Source of the DNA: Betaproteobacteria bacterium
GTDB lineage: Bacteria; Pseudomonadota; Gammaproteobacteria; Burkholderiales; SG8-39
NCBI GenBank assembly: GCA_031389685.1
Contig: JANMSV010000112.1
Location: 1-46,234, forward strand
Direction: 5' to 3'
DNA length: 46,234 nucleotides
Below are positions 1 to 8,939 of the stretch, piece by piece. Position 1 is the first letter of the stretch. Each line of letters starts with the position of its first letter. Made by a program: the position numbers and the translations under genes. The notes below the pieces were generated by a model. It did no database searches, was not told the origin of the DNA, and saw only the letters and a program-made list of their open reading frames with translations.

Positions 1-44
1 CGCTGGGTCGCGGCCGCCCAGCGCCGGTTCGATTTGGAGCCACC

Positions 45-1004
45 CTACACGCAGGTGGAGATCAGGGGCTGAAGCCGCTCGCGGCTGGGAGCCTGTACCA
101 CGGCTTTCTCGCAGATGATCGCCGTGATGAGTTCCGCAGGGGTCACGTCGAACGCAGGATTGCGCACCGCTACGCCTTCCGGCGCCCAGCGCACGTCGCG
201 GTAGCCGGTCATCTCGCCGGCCGGACGCTCCTCGATCGGGATCATCGAGCCATCGGCGATTTTGGGGTCGAAGGTGGAGAGCGGCGCAGCGACGTAAAAA
301 GGCAGCCGGTGACGTTTCGCCAAAACGGCGAGGGTGTAGGTGCCGATCTTGTTCGCCGTGTCGCCATTCGCCGCGATGCGGTCAGCGCCGACGATCACCA
401 GGTCCACTTCCTTGCGGCTCATCAGGTGGCCCGCCATGTTGTCGGCGATCAACGTGCACGGAATGCCTTCCTGCATGCATTCCCATGCGGTCAACCGCGC
501 GCCCTGGAGGTAGGGCCTGGTTTCACATGCAATGACGGAAATGCCCTTTTCGCGTGCGGATCGGATGACGCCCAGCGCTGTTCCGTGCCCGGCGGTGGCC
601 AGCGCGCCCGTATTGCAGTAGGTCAGGACGCGGGCGCTCTGCGGAATCAGTTTCGCGCCACGCGCTCCGATGGCGTGGTTCACGGCCAGGTCTTCCGCGA
701 AAATCGCTTCGGCTTCGGCCTTCTTGTCCGGTGCCCGGCGCATGCGCTCCAGCGCCCAGAAGAGGTTGGCGGCCGTAGGCCGGCTTTCCGAAAGGATCTT
801 GTAGGACGGTTCTCCGGGCTCCAGCGCGATGCCGAACGCGGCGGCGCAGCCGATGGCCGGTGCGCCGCGCACCGCCATGTCGCGGATCGCGGCGGCAACT
901 TCAGCCGCCGTCCTGCACGTCAGATAGACGATCCGCTCCGGCAGCAGGCGCTGGTCCAGCACCTCCAGCGCGTCTCCCGTCCAGCGCAGGGCCTGGACGT
1001 TCAC
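45..1004 (-). CDS. mtnA: S-methyl-5-thioribose-1-phosphate isomerase (eIF-2B-like family)
   Basis: C-terminal part of ORF 45..1847; motifs LDQRLLP, MAVRGAPAIG, SRPTAANL, TYCNTGALAT, ETRPYLQGARLT, GADRIAANGDTANKIGTY, NPAFDVTP. GTG start at 1004 in a GTGA overlap with the upstream stop. Confidence 0.93.
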   Translation of the reverse strand: MNVQALRWTGDALEVLDQRLLPERIVYLTCRTAAEVAAAIRDMAVRGAPAIGCAAAFGIALEPGEPSYKILSESRPTAANLFWALERMRRAPDKKAEAEAIFAEDLAVNHAIGARGAKLIPQSARVLTYCNTGALATAGHGTALGVIRSAREKGISVIACETRPYLQGARLTAWECMQEGIPCTLIADNMAGHLMSRKEVDLVIVGADRIAANGDTANKIGTYTLAVLAKRHRLPFYVAAPLSTFDPKIADGSMIPIEERPAGEMTGYRDVRWAPEGVAVRNPAFDVTPAELITAIICEKAVVQAPSRERLQPLISTCV

Positions 1005-2971
1005 ACCAGCTTTTCCGTGCCGCCATCCACCGGCACCTGGGCGGCAGTGGTCTTGGCGAACAGCGGCCCGCACATCTCGGCAGCAAGCTCGGCCACGTCT
1101 TTCGAGGTCACCTCGGTGTTCAGCAGGTTGTTCTTCTTGTATTGCTCCACGCTGAGGTTGTAGGCCTTGGCGCGGGAGGCGAGCACCTCGTCGGTCCAGA
1201 GCGCAGTGTCGTACACCGCGTTTGGATGGATGGTGTTGATGCGGATGCCATTCCTGGCCCACTCCAGCGCGGCCACGCGTGCCAGCTGGTTGAGCGCCGC
1301 CTTCGACGCCGAGTAGGCGGCCGCACCCATGCCCGGCGCCGGCACGTTCTTGGAGCCGATCACCACTACGCGGCCACCGCGCGGCGCAAGCTCGAGCAGA
1401 CCGTGGCAAGCCTGCATCACCAGAAGATTCGCCTCGACGTTCACCGTCATCGCTGTTTTCCACGTCTGGGCGTCGATGTCCTTGACCGCCTGGGAGGAGG
1501 GGAAGACGCCGGCGTTGAGCACCAGCATGTCTGCGCCCCCGAAACGCTTGACTGCGGCATCCATGGCGGCATGGACGGCGTTCGCGTCGGTAAGGTCGCA
1601 GACGATGCCAAGGTAGTCCGGGCGCCTGAAAAGTTCTGCGATCACGGGATTGCGGTCCAGGCCGACTACGGCAGCGCCGCGCTTGAAGAACGCGTCGACA
1701 CAGGCCTTGCCGATGCCCGACGCAGCGCCCGTCACGATCACCACCTCTCCGGCGAATAGCGGAGGGTTGCCGGCTTTCTTCAGTTTTGCCTGCTCCAGGT
1801 CCCAGTACTCGATGTCGAACGTGTGCTTGTCCTCCAGCGCCTGCCATCCGCCCAGGGCCTCGGCGCGCAGGATGACCTCGATGGTGTGCGCGTAGAGCTC
1901 TTCGACCACGCCGGTGTCTTTCGCAGTACGCCCGAACGCAGCGAAGCCCAGCTCCGGATCGAGCGCCATGCGCGGCGCGGCATCCAGGATGGTCTTGGGT
2001 TCCCTGGCCTTCTTCGCGTTGCCCTCGAAGTAGGCGCGGTACGCGGCACTGAAGCCGGCGACGTCCCGCCCCAGCATGGGCCGCGGCTTGGTGCGGATCA
2101 CGTGGTCCGGCGTCGCCGGCCCGCCCTGGGAGATGCGCCCCACATCGGGATGGCGCGCGAAGCCGAGAAAGCGCGGCGCGTCGTTGCAGCGGCAGAGCAG
2201 GGGAAAGCCGGCTGACCTGGAGACCTCCTGGCGCAGCTTCGCTGCTGCCTCGCGTTTGAACGCGGGCGCTGGCGCAGGCGGCAGGCTGATGCTCCAGGCC
2301 TTTTGCGCCTGCAGGTATTTCTCGGCCAGGGACACCAGTTCGATCATCAACTCATAGGATTCGCGCGCATCGGCGCCGAACGAAAAAACGCCGTGCGACA
2401 GCAGCACCATGCCGACCGTGTGCCTGGTCGCTTGCTGCGGAAACTCGCGCGCGCAGTAGGCAGCGAGGTCGAAGCCGGCCATGATGTACGGGATGACCAC
2501 CACCTTGCCGCCATAGATGTCGCGAATGCGCTGGTCCCCGTCCGGCGCGTTCGATACCGACAGCACCGCATCGGCGTGCGTGTGGTCCACGTACTTGTGC
2601 GGCAGGATGGCGTGCAGGATGGTTTCCACGGAGGGCGCCGGCGCGCCGGCGCGCAGCGTGTGCGTGGCAAACTCGTTGACCATCTGCGGATCCGACAGGC
2701 TGGGCAGCGACGCGAGCCGCCTGAGATAGTCGAGCTCAACCGGCGCGAAGCCCGCCGCTTCGATGGTCTCCATGTCCCAGCCGCTGCCCTTCACGTAGAG
2801 GATCTCGGCTTCCTCGCCAAACAGGTTCTGCTCGCGCAGTTTCACCGAGGTATTGCCGCCGCCGTGCAGCACCAGGGACTTATCCCGCCCGAGCAGGCGG
2901 GAGGTGTAGACGCGGGGGCCGAGCGCGCCGGAGAACTGCGCGGCTTCAGCATCATTCCACAGGCTATTCAT
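1001..2971 (-). CDS. Bifunctional class II aldolase / short-chain dehydrogenase (RhaEW/YuxG-like)
   Basis: N-terminal aldolase II motifs GGGNTSVK, PSVETILH, DHTHAD, LSHG; C-terminal SDR motifs TGAASGIG, NAG, YSASK. Confidence 0.9.
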   Translation of the reverse strand: MNSLWNDAEAAQFSGALGPRVYTSRLLGRDKSLVLHGGGNTSVKLREQNLFGEEAEILYVKGSGWDMETIEAAGFAPVELDYLRRLASLPSLSDPQMVNEFATHTLRAGAPAPSVETILHAILPHKYVDHTHADAVLSVSNAPDGDQRIRDIYGGKVVVIPYIMAGFDLAAYCAREFPQQATRHTVGMVLLSHGVFSFGADARESYELMIELVSLAEKYLQAQKAWSISLPPAPAPAFKREAAAKLRQEVSRSAGFPLLCRCNDAPRFLGFARHPDVGRISQGGPATPDHVIRTKPRPMLGRDVAGFSAAYRAYFEGNAKKAREPKTILDAAPRMALDPELGFAAFGRTAKDTGVVEELYAHTIEVILRAEALGGWQALEDKHTFDIEYWDLEQAKLKKAGNPPLFAGEVVIVTGAASGIGKACVDAFFKRGAAVVGLDRNPVIAELFRRPDYLGIVCDLTDANAVHAAMDAAVKRFGGADMLVLNAGVFPSSQAVKDIDAQTWKTAMTVNVEANLLVMQACHGLLELAPRGGRVVVIGSKNVPAPGMGAAAYSASKAALNQLARVAALEWARNGIRINTIHPNAVYDTALWTDEVLASRAKAYNLSVEQYKKNNLLNTEVTSKDVAELAAEMCGPLFAKTTAAQVPVDGGTEKLV

Positions 2972-2978
2972 GCCGCGA

Positions 2979-2986
2979 ATTATACT
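2979..2986. promoter_or_regulatory. Overlapping divergent -10 elements (TATAAT on minus, TATACT on plus)
   Basis: ATTATACT in a 23-bp gap; 7 nt from the aldolase ATG and 8 nt from the GNAT ATG. Confidence 0.55.
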
Positions 2987-2994
2987 TTTGCGCG

Positions 2995-3417
2995 ATGCTC
3001 CGCATTGAACTCCTGGACTGGACTGCCGCGCGCGCAGAGGCGAGCCGCATCCGCTTGACGGTGTTCGTCGAAGAGCAGCGCGTACCGCCGGAGATCGAAA
3101 TGGACGACCAGGACCTTGCCTGCGTGCACGCGCTGGCCTATGCGCAAGGCAGGGCGGTGGGCACCGGCAGGCTGCTGCCCGACGGTCACATCGGCCGCAT
3201 GGCAGTGCTCAAGGAGAGCCGTTCTCTCGGGGTGGGTGGTGCGATCCTCGAACGTCTGGTGCAGGAAGCCCGCAACAGGGGCATGCAGCGGGTCGCCCTG
3301 TCAGCGCAAACCCACGCCCTCGGGTTCTACCGCCGGCACGGATTCAAGGAGCAGGGCGCGGTCTACGAAGAAGCCGGCATCCCGCATCAGGAGATGCGCC
3401 GCGTACTGAGTTCATAG
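2995..3417 (+). CDS. GNAT family N-acetyltransferase (ElaA/YjcF-like)
   Basis: RLTVFVEEQ, IGRMAVLKESRSLGVG (acetyl-CoA binding), AQTHALGFYRRHGF, EAGIPH. Confidence 0.88.
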   Translation: MLRIELLDWTAARAEASRIRLTVFVEEQRVPPEIEMDDQDLACVHALAYAQGRAVGTGRLLPDGHIGRMAVLKESRSLGVGGAILERLVQEARNRGMQRVALSAQTHALGFYRRHGFKEQGAVYEEAGIPHQEMRRVLSS

Positions 3418-4046
3418 CGCAGCGTCGCTTGTTCGCCGCCGTCGCTGGCAAAGCCGCGCTCGGCGAAGCGCAGTTCGTCTCCCTGCATCAGCACGCTGGA
3501 GCAGCGCGTGCCGTAACTCTCATGGATGATTTTTGCCTGCGCGAGAACGCCGAACAACGGTTCCAGGGTCACCGGGCAATCCCGGAAACGCTGCTTGTGT
3601 TCCTCGACTTCCGGCGTGTCCAGCAGCAGGTTGCCCAGCCCGTACCAGCCGGGCTCGAGCCGCCGGGGTCCGCCATCGCGATTGGAAAGCCACCATAGTT
3701 CCGCGCCGTCCGAGGCGAGCAGGTTGAAGCCGCTGCAGGACGATTTGAGTTCCGCAAGTTCGGGCACGCTGATGCCTTCGAGGTACCGTGTAGGGAGCGC
3801 ACCACGGGACAGCTCAGCACCCGGTTCGGTTCCGCCACGGTAGTTGGTGACCGCGGCAAAGCGTCCCCCGCGCGATACGCCCATCCAGGTGCCCCGCGCC
3901 TGCAGATCGCGGCCCGCGAGCACGTCGGGTTTGTCGTCCCAGAACCCGGCGCGCGCAGCGGGTCGGCCGTGGAATTCGTCGCGATTCGCGGCAACCACCA
4001 GCGGGAAGCGCGCATGCACCTTCCACGCAACGAGGATCAGGCACAT
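3387..4046 (-). CDS. NRDE family (TANGO2/DUF833) protein
   Basis: MCL N-terminus, AANRDEF, GGTW-like RGTWMG, YGTRCSS. Confidence 0.9.
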   Translation of the reverse strand: MCLILVAWKVHARFPLVVAANRDEFHGRPAARAGFWDDKPDVLAGRDLQARGTWMGVSRGGRFAAVTNYRGGTEPGAELSRGALPTRYLEGISVPELAELKSSCSGFNLLASDGAELWWLSNRDGGPRRLEPGWYGLGNLLLDTPEVEEHKQRFRDCPVTLEPLFGVLAQAKIIHESYGTRCSSVLMQGDELRFAERGFASDGGEQATLRYELSTRRIS

Positions 4047-4294
4047 ACGAAGCGCTCGACGTGCCGCTGCAAGCCGAGTTTCGCACCTTCGCTTTCCAGG
4101 CGTGCCTCGAAAGCGCTTTCTTCTCGCACGTCCTCGTACACTTCCATATAGGTCGCCGGCTCGTCACGGCGCCGCATCCATCGCCCACGGACGCCGGTGG
4201 CCGCCTCGATGCTGCGAAAGAGCAGTCGCACCTGTTCCTGCAACAACGAAACGCGGCCTGGCTCGACCTGGTAGTAAACGTAGTAGCTCGTCAC
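4037..4294 (-). CDS. DUF4936-like small protein
   Basis: YYVYYQV...RRRDEPATYMEVYE...RHVERFVCA; GTG at 4294 overlaps the ygfZ stop; usual position between ygfZ and NRDE. Confidence 0.75.
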   Translation of the reverse strand: MTSYYVYYQVEPGRVSLLQEQVRLLFRSIEAATGVRGRWMRRRDEPATYMEVYEDVREESAFEARLESEGAKLGLQRHVERFVCA

Positions 4295-5211
4295 GCCGCG
4301 TAGGGCAGGGGCAGCAACTCGAGCTGCGGCCCGTCGGCGGTGCCGAGCCGGATCGGACTGGCGCTCTCCAGCGAGCCGATCTGCACGACCGCCAGAAGCT
4401 CGGTGCGGCCATCCGCCCCCGGGACCGCATTCACCACCGTGCCGCTCGCCTGCCCGGGCAGGTTGTCGGCGTACAAATCGTTGCCTGGCGCTGCCGGCGC
4501 GGCCACGCCCGCGCGCACCATGCGACGCTTCAGGACACCGCGATATTGGGTTCGCGCCACGATTTCCTGTCCCGGGTAGCAACCTTTCTTGAAGTCGAGC
4601 GCGCCCAAGCGCTCGAGATTCACCATTTGCGGCACGAACAGGTCCTGCGTCGCCTGCACTACCAATGGGCGACCGGCGCGAATCTCATCGAGAGCCCATG
4701 CCTCGTCGCCCGCGTCGCCCAGTGAACCAAGCAGGCCCCCGCGCTGCGTCGCCGGCGCCAACAGCAGGAAGCGCTGCCCGGAAACCCGCACCACCGTCAC
4801 ATCGGCCGCACGCCCGAGCGCGAGATCCGCCTCGGGCACCGCGAATCCCAGCGCCGCCAGTCGGCCAGCGGCCTGCGGTCCCCAGAGTCCGACCTGCACC
4901 CACGATTCGCTGGCGTCGACCAGTTTCGCCTTGGCGCGCAGGATGAACATGGACAGGCGCTTGGCAACCGCCGGCGCGATGTCGCGCGAAAGTTGCAGAA
5001 GAAATCCGCCCGCCTGCGGCACCACGAGAAAGTTCGCCAGCAGCCGGCCCTTCGCAGAACACCAACCGGCATTGCGCGCACGATCCTGCGCCAGCCCCGA
5101 CACGTCGCTGGTCAGTTGTGCGTGCAGGAATTTGCGCGCCTCGTCGCCCGTGCACGACAACAGGCCGAGCCGCCTCAGTTCCGCCGCGGCGTGGGAAACC
5201 TTGGTGTCCAT
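4291..5211 (-). CDS. ygfZ: Folate-binding Fe-S/tRNA modification protein YgfZ
   Basis: Signature KGCYPGQE; GcvT-like N-terminus FLHAQLTSDV, SAKGR. Confidence 0.93.
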   Translation of the reverse strand: MDTKVSHAAAELRRLGLLSCTGDEARKFLHAQLTSDVSGLAQDRARNAGWCSAKGRLLANFLVVPQAGGFLLQLSRDIAPAVAKRLSMFILRAKAKLVDASESWVQVGLWGPQAAGRLAALGFAVPEADLALGRAADVTVVRVSGQRFLLLAPATQRGGLLGSLGDAGDEAWALDEIRAGRPLVVQATQDLFVPQMVNLERLGALDFKKGCYPGQEIVARTQYRGVLKRRMVRAGVAAPAAPGNDLYADNLPGQASGTVVNAVPGADGRTELLAVVQIGSLESASPIRLGTADGPQLELLPLPYAA

Positions 5212-5248
5212 CGTAGAATGCCTGCAGCGATTCTATTCCGATTCCGCG

Positions 5249-6250
5249 TTGATCTACTTAAGGCTGCTCCTCGCGCTCGCGTTCCTCGGGCTGCTCGCCG
5301 TAGCTGGCTACGCCGGCTGGTATCTGACCTCGCCCGTACCCATGCCCGCGCTGCCGGTGGAAGTCGAACTCCCGCCGGGTAGCAGCCTGCGCGCCGCGGT
5401 GGGCCGTCTCGCGCAGGCCGGCATCGGCGTTCGCCCAATGCAATTCGAGATTCTGGTGCGCGTACTTGGACGCGACCAGGAAATCAAAGCCGGCTACTAC
5501 CAGCTTGCGGCGCCGATCACGCCGCTGCAGTTGCTCGACAAATTGGAACGCGGTGAAGTCCTGCAGAGCGAGGTCCAGGTGCTGGAAGGCTGGACCTTTG
5601 GGGAATTTCGCGCCGCGCTCGATGCCAGCCAGGCGTTGCGCCACGACTCGACGGGCCTGAGCGACTCGGCACTGCTGACGCGCATCGGCGCGAGCGAGCC
5701 GCACCCAGAAGGCCTTTTTTTTCCCGACACCTATGTCGTCGCGCGCGGCTCCAGCGATCTCGCATTGCTGCGGCATGCCTATCGCACGATGCGGCAGCAC
5801 CTGAGCAGGGAATGGTCGCAGCGGGCCGCTGAATTGCCCTACAAGACGCCCTACGAAGCGCTCACCATGGCGTCGATCGTCGAAAAGGAAACCGGCAGGG
5901 CGCAGGAGCGCGAACAAATCGCCGGGGTGCTAGTGAACCGCCTGCGCGTTCGCATGGCGTTGCAAGCGGATCCGACAGTGATTTACGGTCTGGGAAAAAG
6001 CTTTGACGGCAACCTGAAGAAAGTGCACCTCAAGACGGACAGCCCGTACAACACCTACACGCGCCCCGGCCTGCCGCCGACACCGATCGCGCTCCCCGGG
6101 CTGGCCTCATTGCGCGCCGCCCTGCGGCCGGCGCCGATCGATGCGTTCTACTACGTCTCGCGCGGCGACGGCAGCAGCCAGTTTTCGCGCACGCTCCGGG
6201 AGCACAATCGCGCGGTGTCACAATACCAGCTCAAACCAAGACGCCGATGA
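5249..6250 (+). CDS. mltG: Endolytic murein transglycosylase MltG (YceG)
   Basis: N-terminal TM helix, EGLFFPDTY, ASIVEKET, LQADPTVIYG, SPYNTY; TTG start at 5249 inferred. Confidence 0.93.
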   Translation: MIYLRLLLALAFLGLLAVAGYAGWYLTSPVPMPALPVEVELPPGSSLRAAVGRLAQAGIGVRPMQFEILVRVLGRDQEIKAGYYQLAAPITPLQLLDKLERGEVLQSEVQVLEGWTFGEFRAALDASQALRHDSTGLSDSALLTRIGASEPHPEGLFFPDTYVVARGSSDLALLRHAYRTMRQHLSREWSQRAAELPYKTPYEALTMASIVEKETGRAQEREQIAGVLVNRLRVRMALQADPTVIYGLGKSFDGNLKKVHLKTDSPYNTYTRPGLPPTPIALPGLASLRAALRPAPIDAFYYVSRGDGSSQFSRTLREHNRAVSQYQLKPRRR

Positions 6251-6858
6251 CCAGAGGCCGATTCATCACGCTCGAAGGCGTGGACGGCGCCGGCAAGTCC
6301 ACCCACGTTGCGTGGATCGCCGAGCGCCTGCGCGTGCGCAGCCATACCGTGCAGGTCACGCGCGAGCCCGGCGGCACACCGCTCGCCGAACGCTTGCGCG
6401 AGCTGGTGCTCGCCGAGCCCATGGATCCGATCGCCGAAACCATGCTGCTGTTCGCGGCGCGCGCCGACCACGTGCAGCGGGAAATCGCGCCGGCGCTGGA
6501 GGCGGGGACCTGGGTGCTCTGCGAGCGCTTCACAGACGCGACTTTCGCCTACCAGGGCGGCGGCAAAGGGGTGGCCGCAGAGCTGATCGCCCACCTTGCG
6601 CAGGTGTCGCACGACGGGCTGCTGCCGGACCTCACCTTGGTATTCGATTGCCCCTACGAGGTCAGCCGGGAACGACTGCGCCGTACGGGCCGGGCGCCGG
6701 ATCGCTTCGAGCGGGAGGACCGACCGTTCTTCGAGCGCGTGCGGCAGGCCTACCTGGCGCTCGCACGGAGCGCCCCGGAACGCATACGTGTGATCGACGC
6801 CTCGGGGTCAGTAGAAAATATTAAGAAAATGGTTGATGAAGAACTATTAACACTCTGA
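6247..6858 (+). CDS. tmk: Thymidylate kinase
   Basis: EGVDGAGKST P-loop, TREPGGT, AYQGGG; lies between mltG and holB. Confidence 0.96.
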   Translation: MTRGRFITLEGVDGAGKSTHVAWIAERLRVRSHTVQVTREPGGTPLAERLRELVLAEPMDPIAETMLLFAARADHVQREIAPALEAGTWVLCERFTDATFAYQGGGKGVAAELIAHLAQVSHDGLLPDLTLVFDCPYEVSRERLRRTGRAPDRFEREDRPFFERVRQAYLALARSAPERIRVIDASGSVENIKKMVDEELLTL

Positions 6859-6863
6859 AAAAC

Positions 6864-7841
6864 ATGATATTTCCTTGGCATAAAAATCTCTGGGACCAGC
6901 TCCAGGCACGGCAGGCGCGGCAGTCGCATGCCTTGCTGATCCACGGTCCAGCGGGAATTGGAAAGCTGGCGCTGGCGGAGCACTACGCGCAGAGCCTGCT
7001 TTGCGAGTCCCGGCACCCAATCGAATCGCCTTGCGGGGAATGCGAGGGCTGCCGTTGGTACCTGGCGGGCAGCCACCCGGATTTTCGGCGCATTGAGCCC
7101 GAATCCTTGGCCCGCCGGTCCGAGACGGACGAAGACCCGGACGAAGCGGCCCCCGCGGCCGCCAAAACTGCAAAGGCCAGTAACGAGATCAAGGTCGATC
7201 AGGTTCGGGCGCTGGACGGCTTCTTGAACCTCAAGTCGCACCGGGGCGGCCGCCGGGTGGCCCTGGTGCACCCCGCGGAAGACATGAACCCGAGCGCCGC
7301 AAACGCGCTATTGAAAGGCCTGGAGGAGCCGCCGGCGGGTGCAATCTTCCTCCTGGTGTCACATCGGCCGGCGCGCCTGTTTGCCACTGTGCGCAGCCGG
7401 TGCGTTGCGGTGCCGATCCCAGTGCCGGATGCGGCCGCGTCCACCGCGTGGCTGGCCCGGCAAGGCGTAAAGGGCGCCAGTGCCTGGCTGCCCTTTGCCT
7501 CCGGCGCGCCGATTCGGGCGCTCAAGTATGCGCAGGGATCCGGCGAGGTGATGGCCCATATGCGCGAGGCCTTGCAGGCCAGGGACCCAGGCGCGCTGGG
7601 CGCAGTTAACGACCGGGAACAGCTTGAGGCGCTTGCGGAGATCCTGCAGAAACACGCTCTGGACGTTGCGTTCGCTTCGTACTGCGGTAAGCCCAAGTAC
7701 GGCGAGGCGAAAGCCTCGGTAAATGCGGCGGCTTGGCTGAGTTACGCCAGGCGCGCGGGGAGAAACAGGATGCTGGCGCGCCATCCACTGAATCCGCGAT
7801 TATTCGCGGGGCAGATGTTGGCGGAGATGCCCAAGGACTGA
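6864..7841 (+). CDS. holB: DNA polymerase III delta' subunit
   Basis: GPAGIGK, CGECEGC Zn motif, HPDF, AANALLKGLEEP, TVRSRC. Confidence 0.94.
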   Translation: MIFPWHKNLWDQLQARQARQSHALLIHGPAGIGKLALAEHYAQSLLCESRHPIESPCGECEGCRWYLAGSHPDFRRIEPESLARRSETDEDPDEAAPAAAKTAKASNEIKVDQVRALDGFLNLKSHRGGRRVALVHPAEDMNPSAANALLKGLEEPPAGAIFLLVSHRPARLFATVRSRCVAVPIPVPDAAASTAWLARQGVKGASAWLPFASGAPIRALKYAQGSGEVMAHMREALQARDPGALGAVNDREQLEALAEILQKHALDVAFASYCGKPKYGEAKASVNAAAWLSYARRAGRNRMLARHPLNPRLFAGQMLAEMPKD

Positions 7842-7873
7842 GGTATGTGCTCGGCTTGGACACTGAGCCTATT

Positions 7874-7901
7874 ATTTAACATAATACACAATGCCCAACT
7901 T
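7874..7901 (-). other. dif-like XerC/XerD recombination site (XerC arm degenerate)
   Basis: Minus strand AAGTTGGGCAT-TGTGTA-TTATGTTAAAT vs E. coli dif GGTGCGCATAA-TGTATA-TTATGTTAAAT; XerD arm 11/11; located in an AT-rich gap between convergent genes. Confidence 0.6.
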
Positions 7902-7917
7902 TAATCTGTTTCAATCC

Positions 7918-8352
7918 TCAGTTCCATCGCCCTGAAGGCGGAATGGGAAGTCGGGCGACCGGGATGCCTTCCTCCACCAACGCCTCGTGTTCCGCAGCGC
8001 TGGCCTGGCCCCGGATTGAACGTGCCGGCGCCTCCTCATAATGGATACGCCGGGCTTCCGCCGGGAAATCGCTGCCCACGTCCTCGGAACGGGTCAGCAA
8101 CTCGTCCAGCATGCGTGAGTAGAGTTTCTGGGCGAGGGCCATCGGGTCCTGCTGCCCCGGCGGGGCCGAAACGGGCGGCTGGGCGACCCCGGTATTGAAC
8201 CGGGTCGCGGAAGGTACCCGGTCCACGTCGAGCGCCCCGCAGGACGGGCATTCGATCAGGCCCCCGGTCTTTTGCGTGGCGAAATCCTCCGCGGACGCAA
8301 ACCAGCCCTCGAATCGGTGCCCGGCGCCGCACAACAGGTCGAAAATCTTCAT
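7918..8352 (-). CDS. DUF1178 family protein (Zn-ribbon)
   Basis: MKIFDLLCGAGHRFEGWF, CPSCG, EARRIHYEEAPARSIRG; ATG at 8352. Confidence 0.88.
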   Translation of the reverse strand: MKIFDLLCGAGHRFEGWFASAEDFATQKTGGLIECPSCGALDVDRVPSATRFNTGVAQPPVSAPPGQQDPMALAQKLYSRMLDELLTRSEDVGSDFPAEARRIHYEEAPARSIRGQASAAEHEALVEEGIPVARLPIPPSGRWN

Positions 8353-8381
8353 CTGCCGGATTCTATTACGATTACAGGGCC

Positions 8382-8939
8382 ATGACCGCCGAGCGTCGAA
8401 GGCACGCTGGTGATAGCGCCCAGCGACCTCAACCTCACGTTCAAGCGCTACGCGGAGTCCCCGTGGGCCAGATCTATTGCTGCACGGAAACGGCACCGAT
8501 CGCCATCGTCCTCCTCAAAGAGGATGCCGCCACCCGGGTCTGCAGCGCGGGCAAGCCCGCGATGCACTGCGAGGTCAAGATCGTGGCCGGCGAGATCTGG
8601 GTGCGCGGACCGAACGTCATGCGACGTTACTGGAATGATCTGGCAGCGACCGCGGCGGTGCTGGACACGGAAGGGTGGCTCCGCACTGGCGATCTCGCGC
8701 GGCTGGACGAGGACGTCTACTACTGGATGCTCGCCCTGTTCAGGGACCGGCTGGCGCGCTACAAGCATCCGCGCCGCGTCGTGTTCGCCGACGGGTTGCC
8801 CAAGAACGCCCTGGGCAGGGTACAGAAGCACGAGCTGAAGAAGCTGCTCCAGCAGTTCAGGTCACGCGCAACTCGACCGCCCCAAGCGCGCCCGCCTCGA
8901 AACGCAGGACATCGCCCTGCCGCGGAAACTTCGAGGTGA
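8382..8939 (+). pseudogene. Degraded acyl-CoA synthetase / AMP-binding enzyme fragment
   Basis: Only C-terminal motifs remain (GQIYCCTET, GEIWVRGPNVMRRYW, GWLRTGDLA, ARYKHPR, LPKNALGRVQK); the N-terminal domain and the hinge/GGENIYP segment are missing; conserved Gly and Lys residues are substituted. Confidence 0.75.

Noticed and set aside
1-43. Possible next gene after mtnA (GTG at 43, minus strand)
   Set aside because: Only 14 codons are visible; cannot be assigned.
1005-1847. Apparent 280-aa N-terminal extension of MtnA (similar extensions on mltG, MBL, recO, rseB, yceD, pgsA, efp)
   Set aside because: Open frame overlapping the neighbouring gene; family homology starts at the later start codon.
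6517-6540. Tmk has ERF where the motif is usually DRF/DRY
   Set aside because: A single conservative change with all other motifs intact; not enough to claim altered function.
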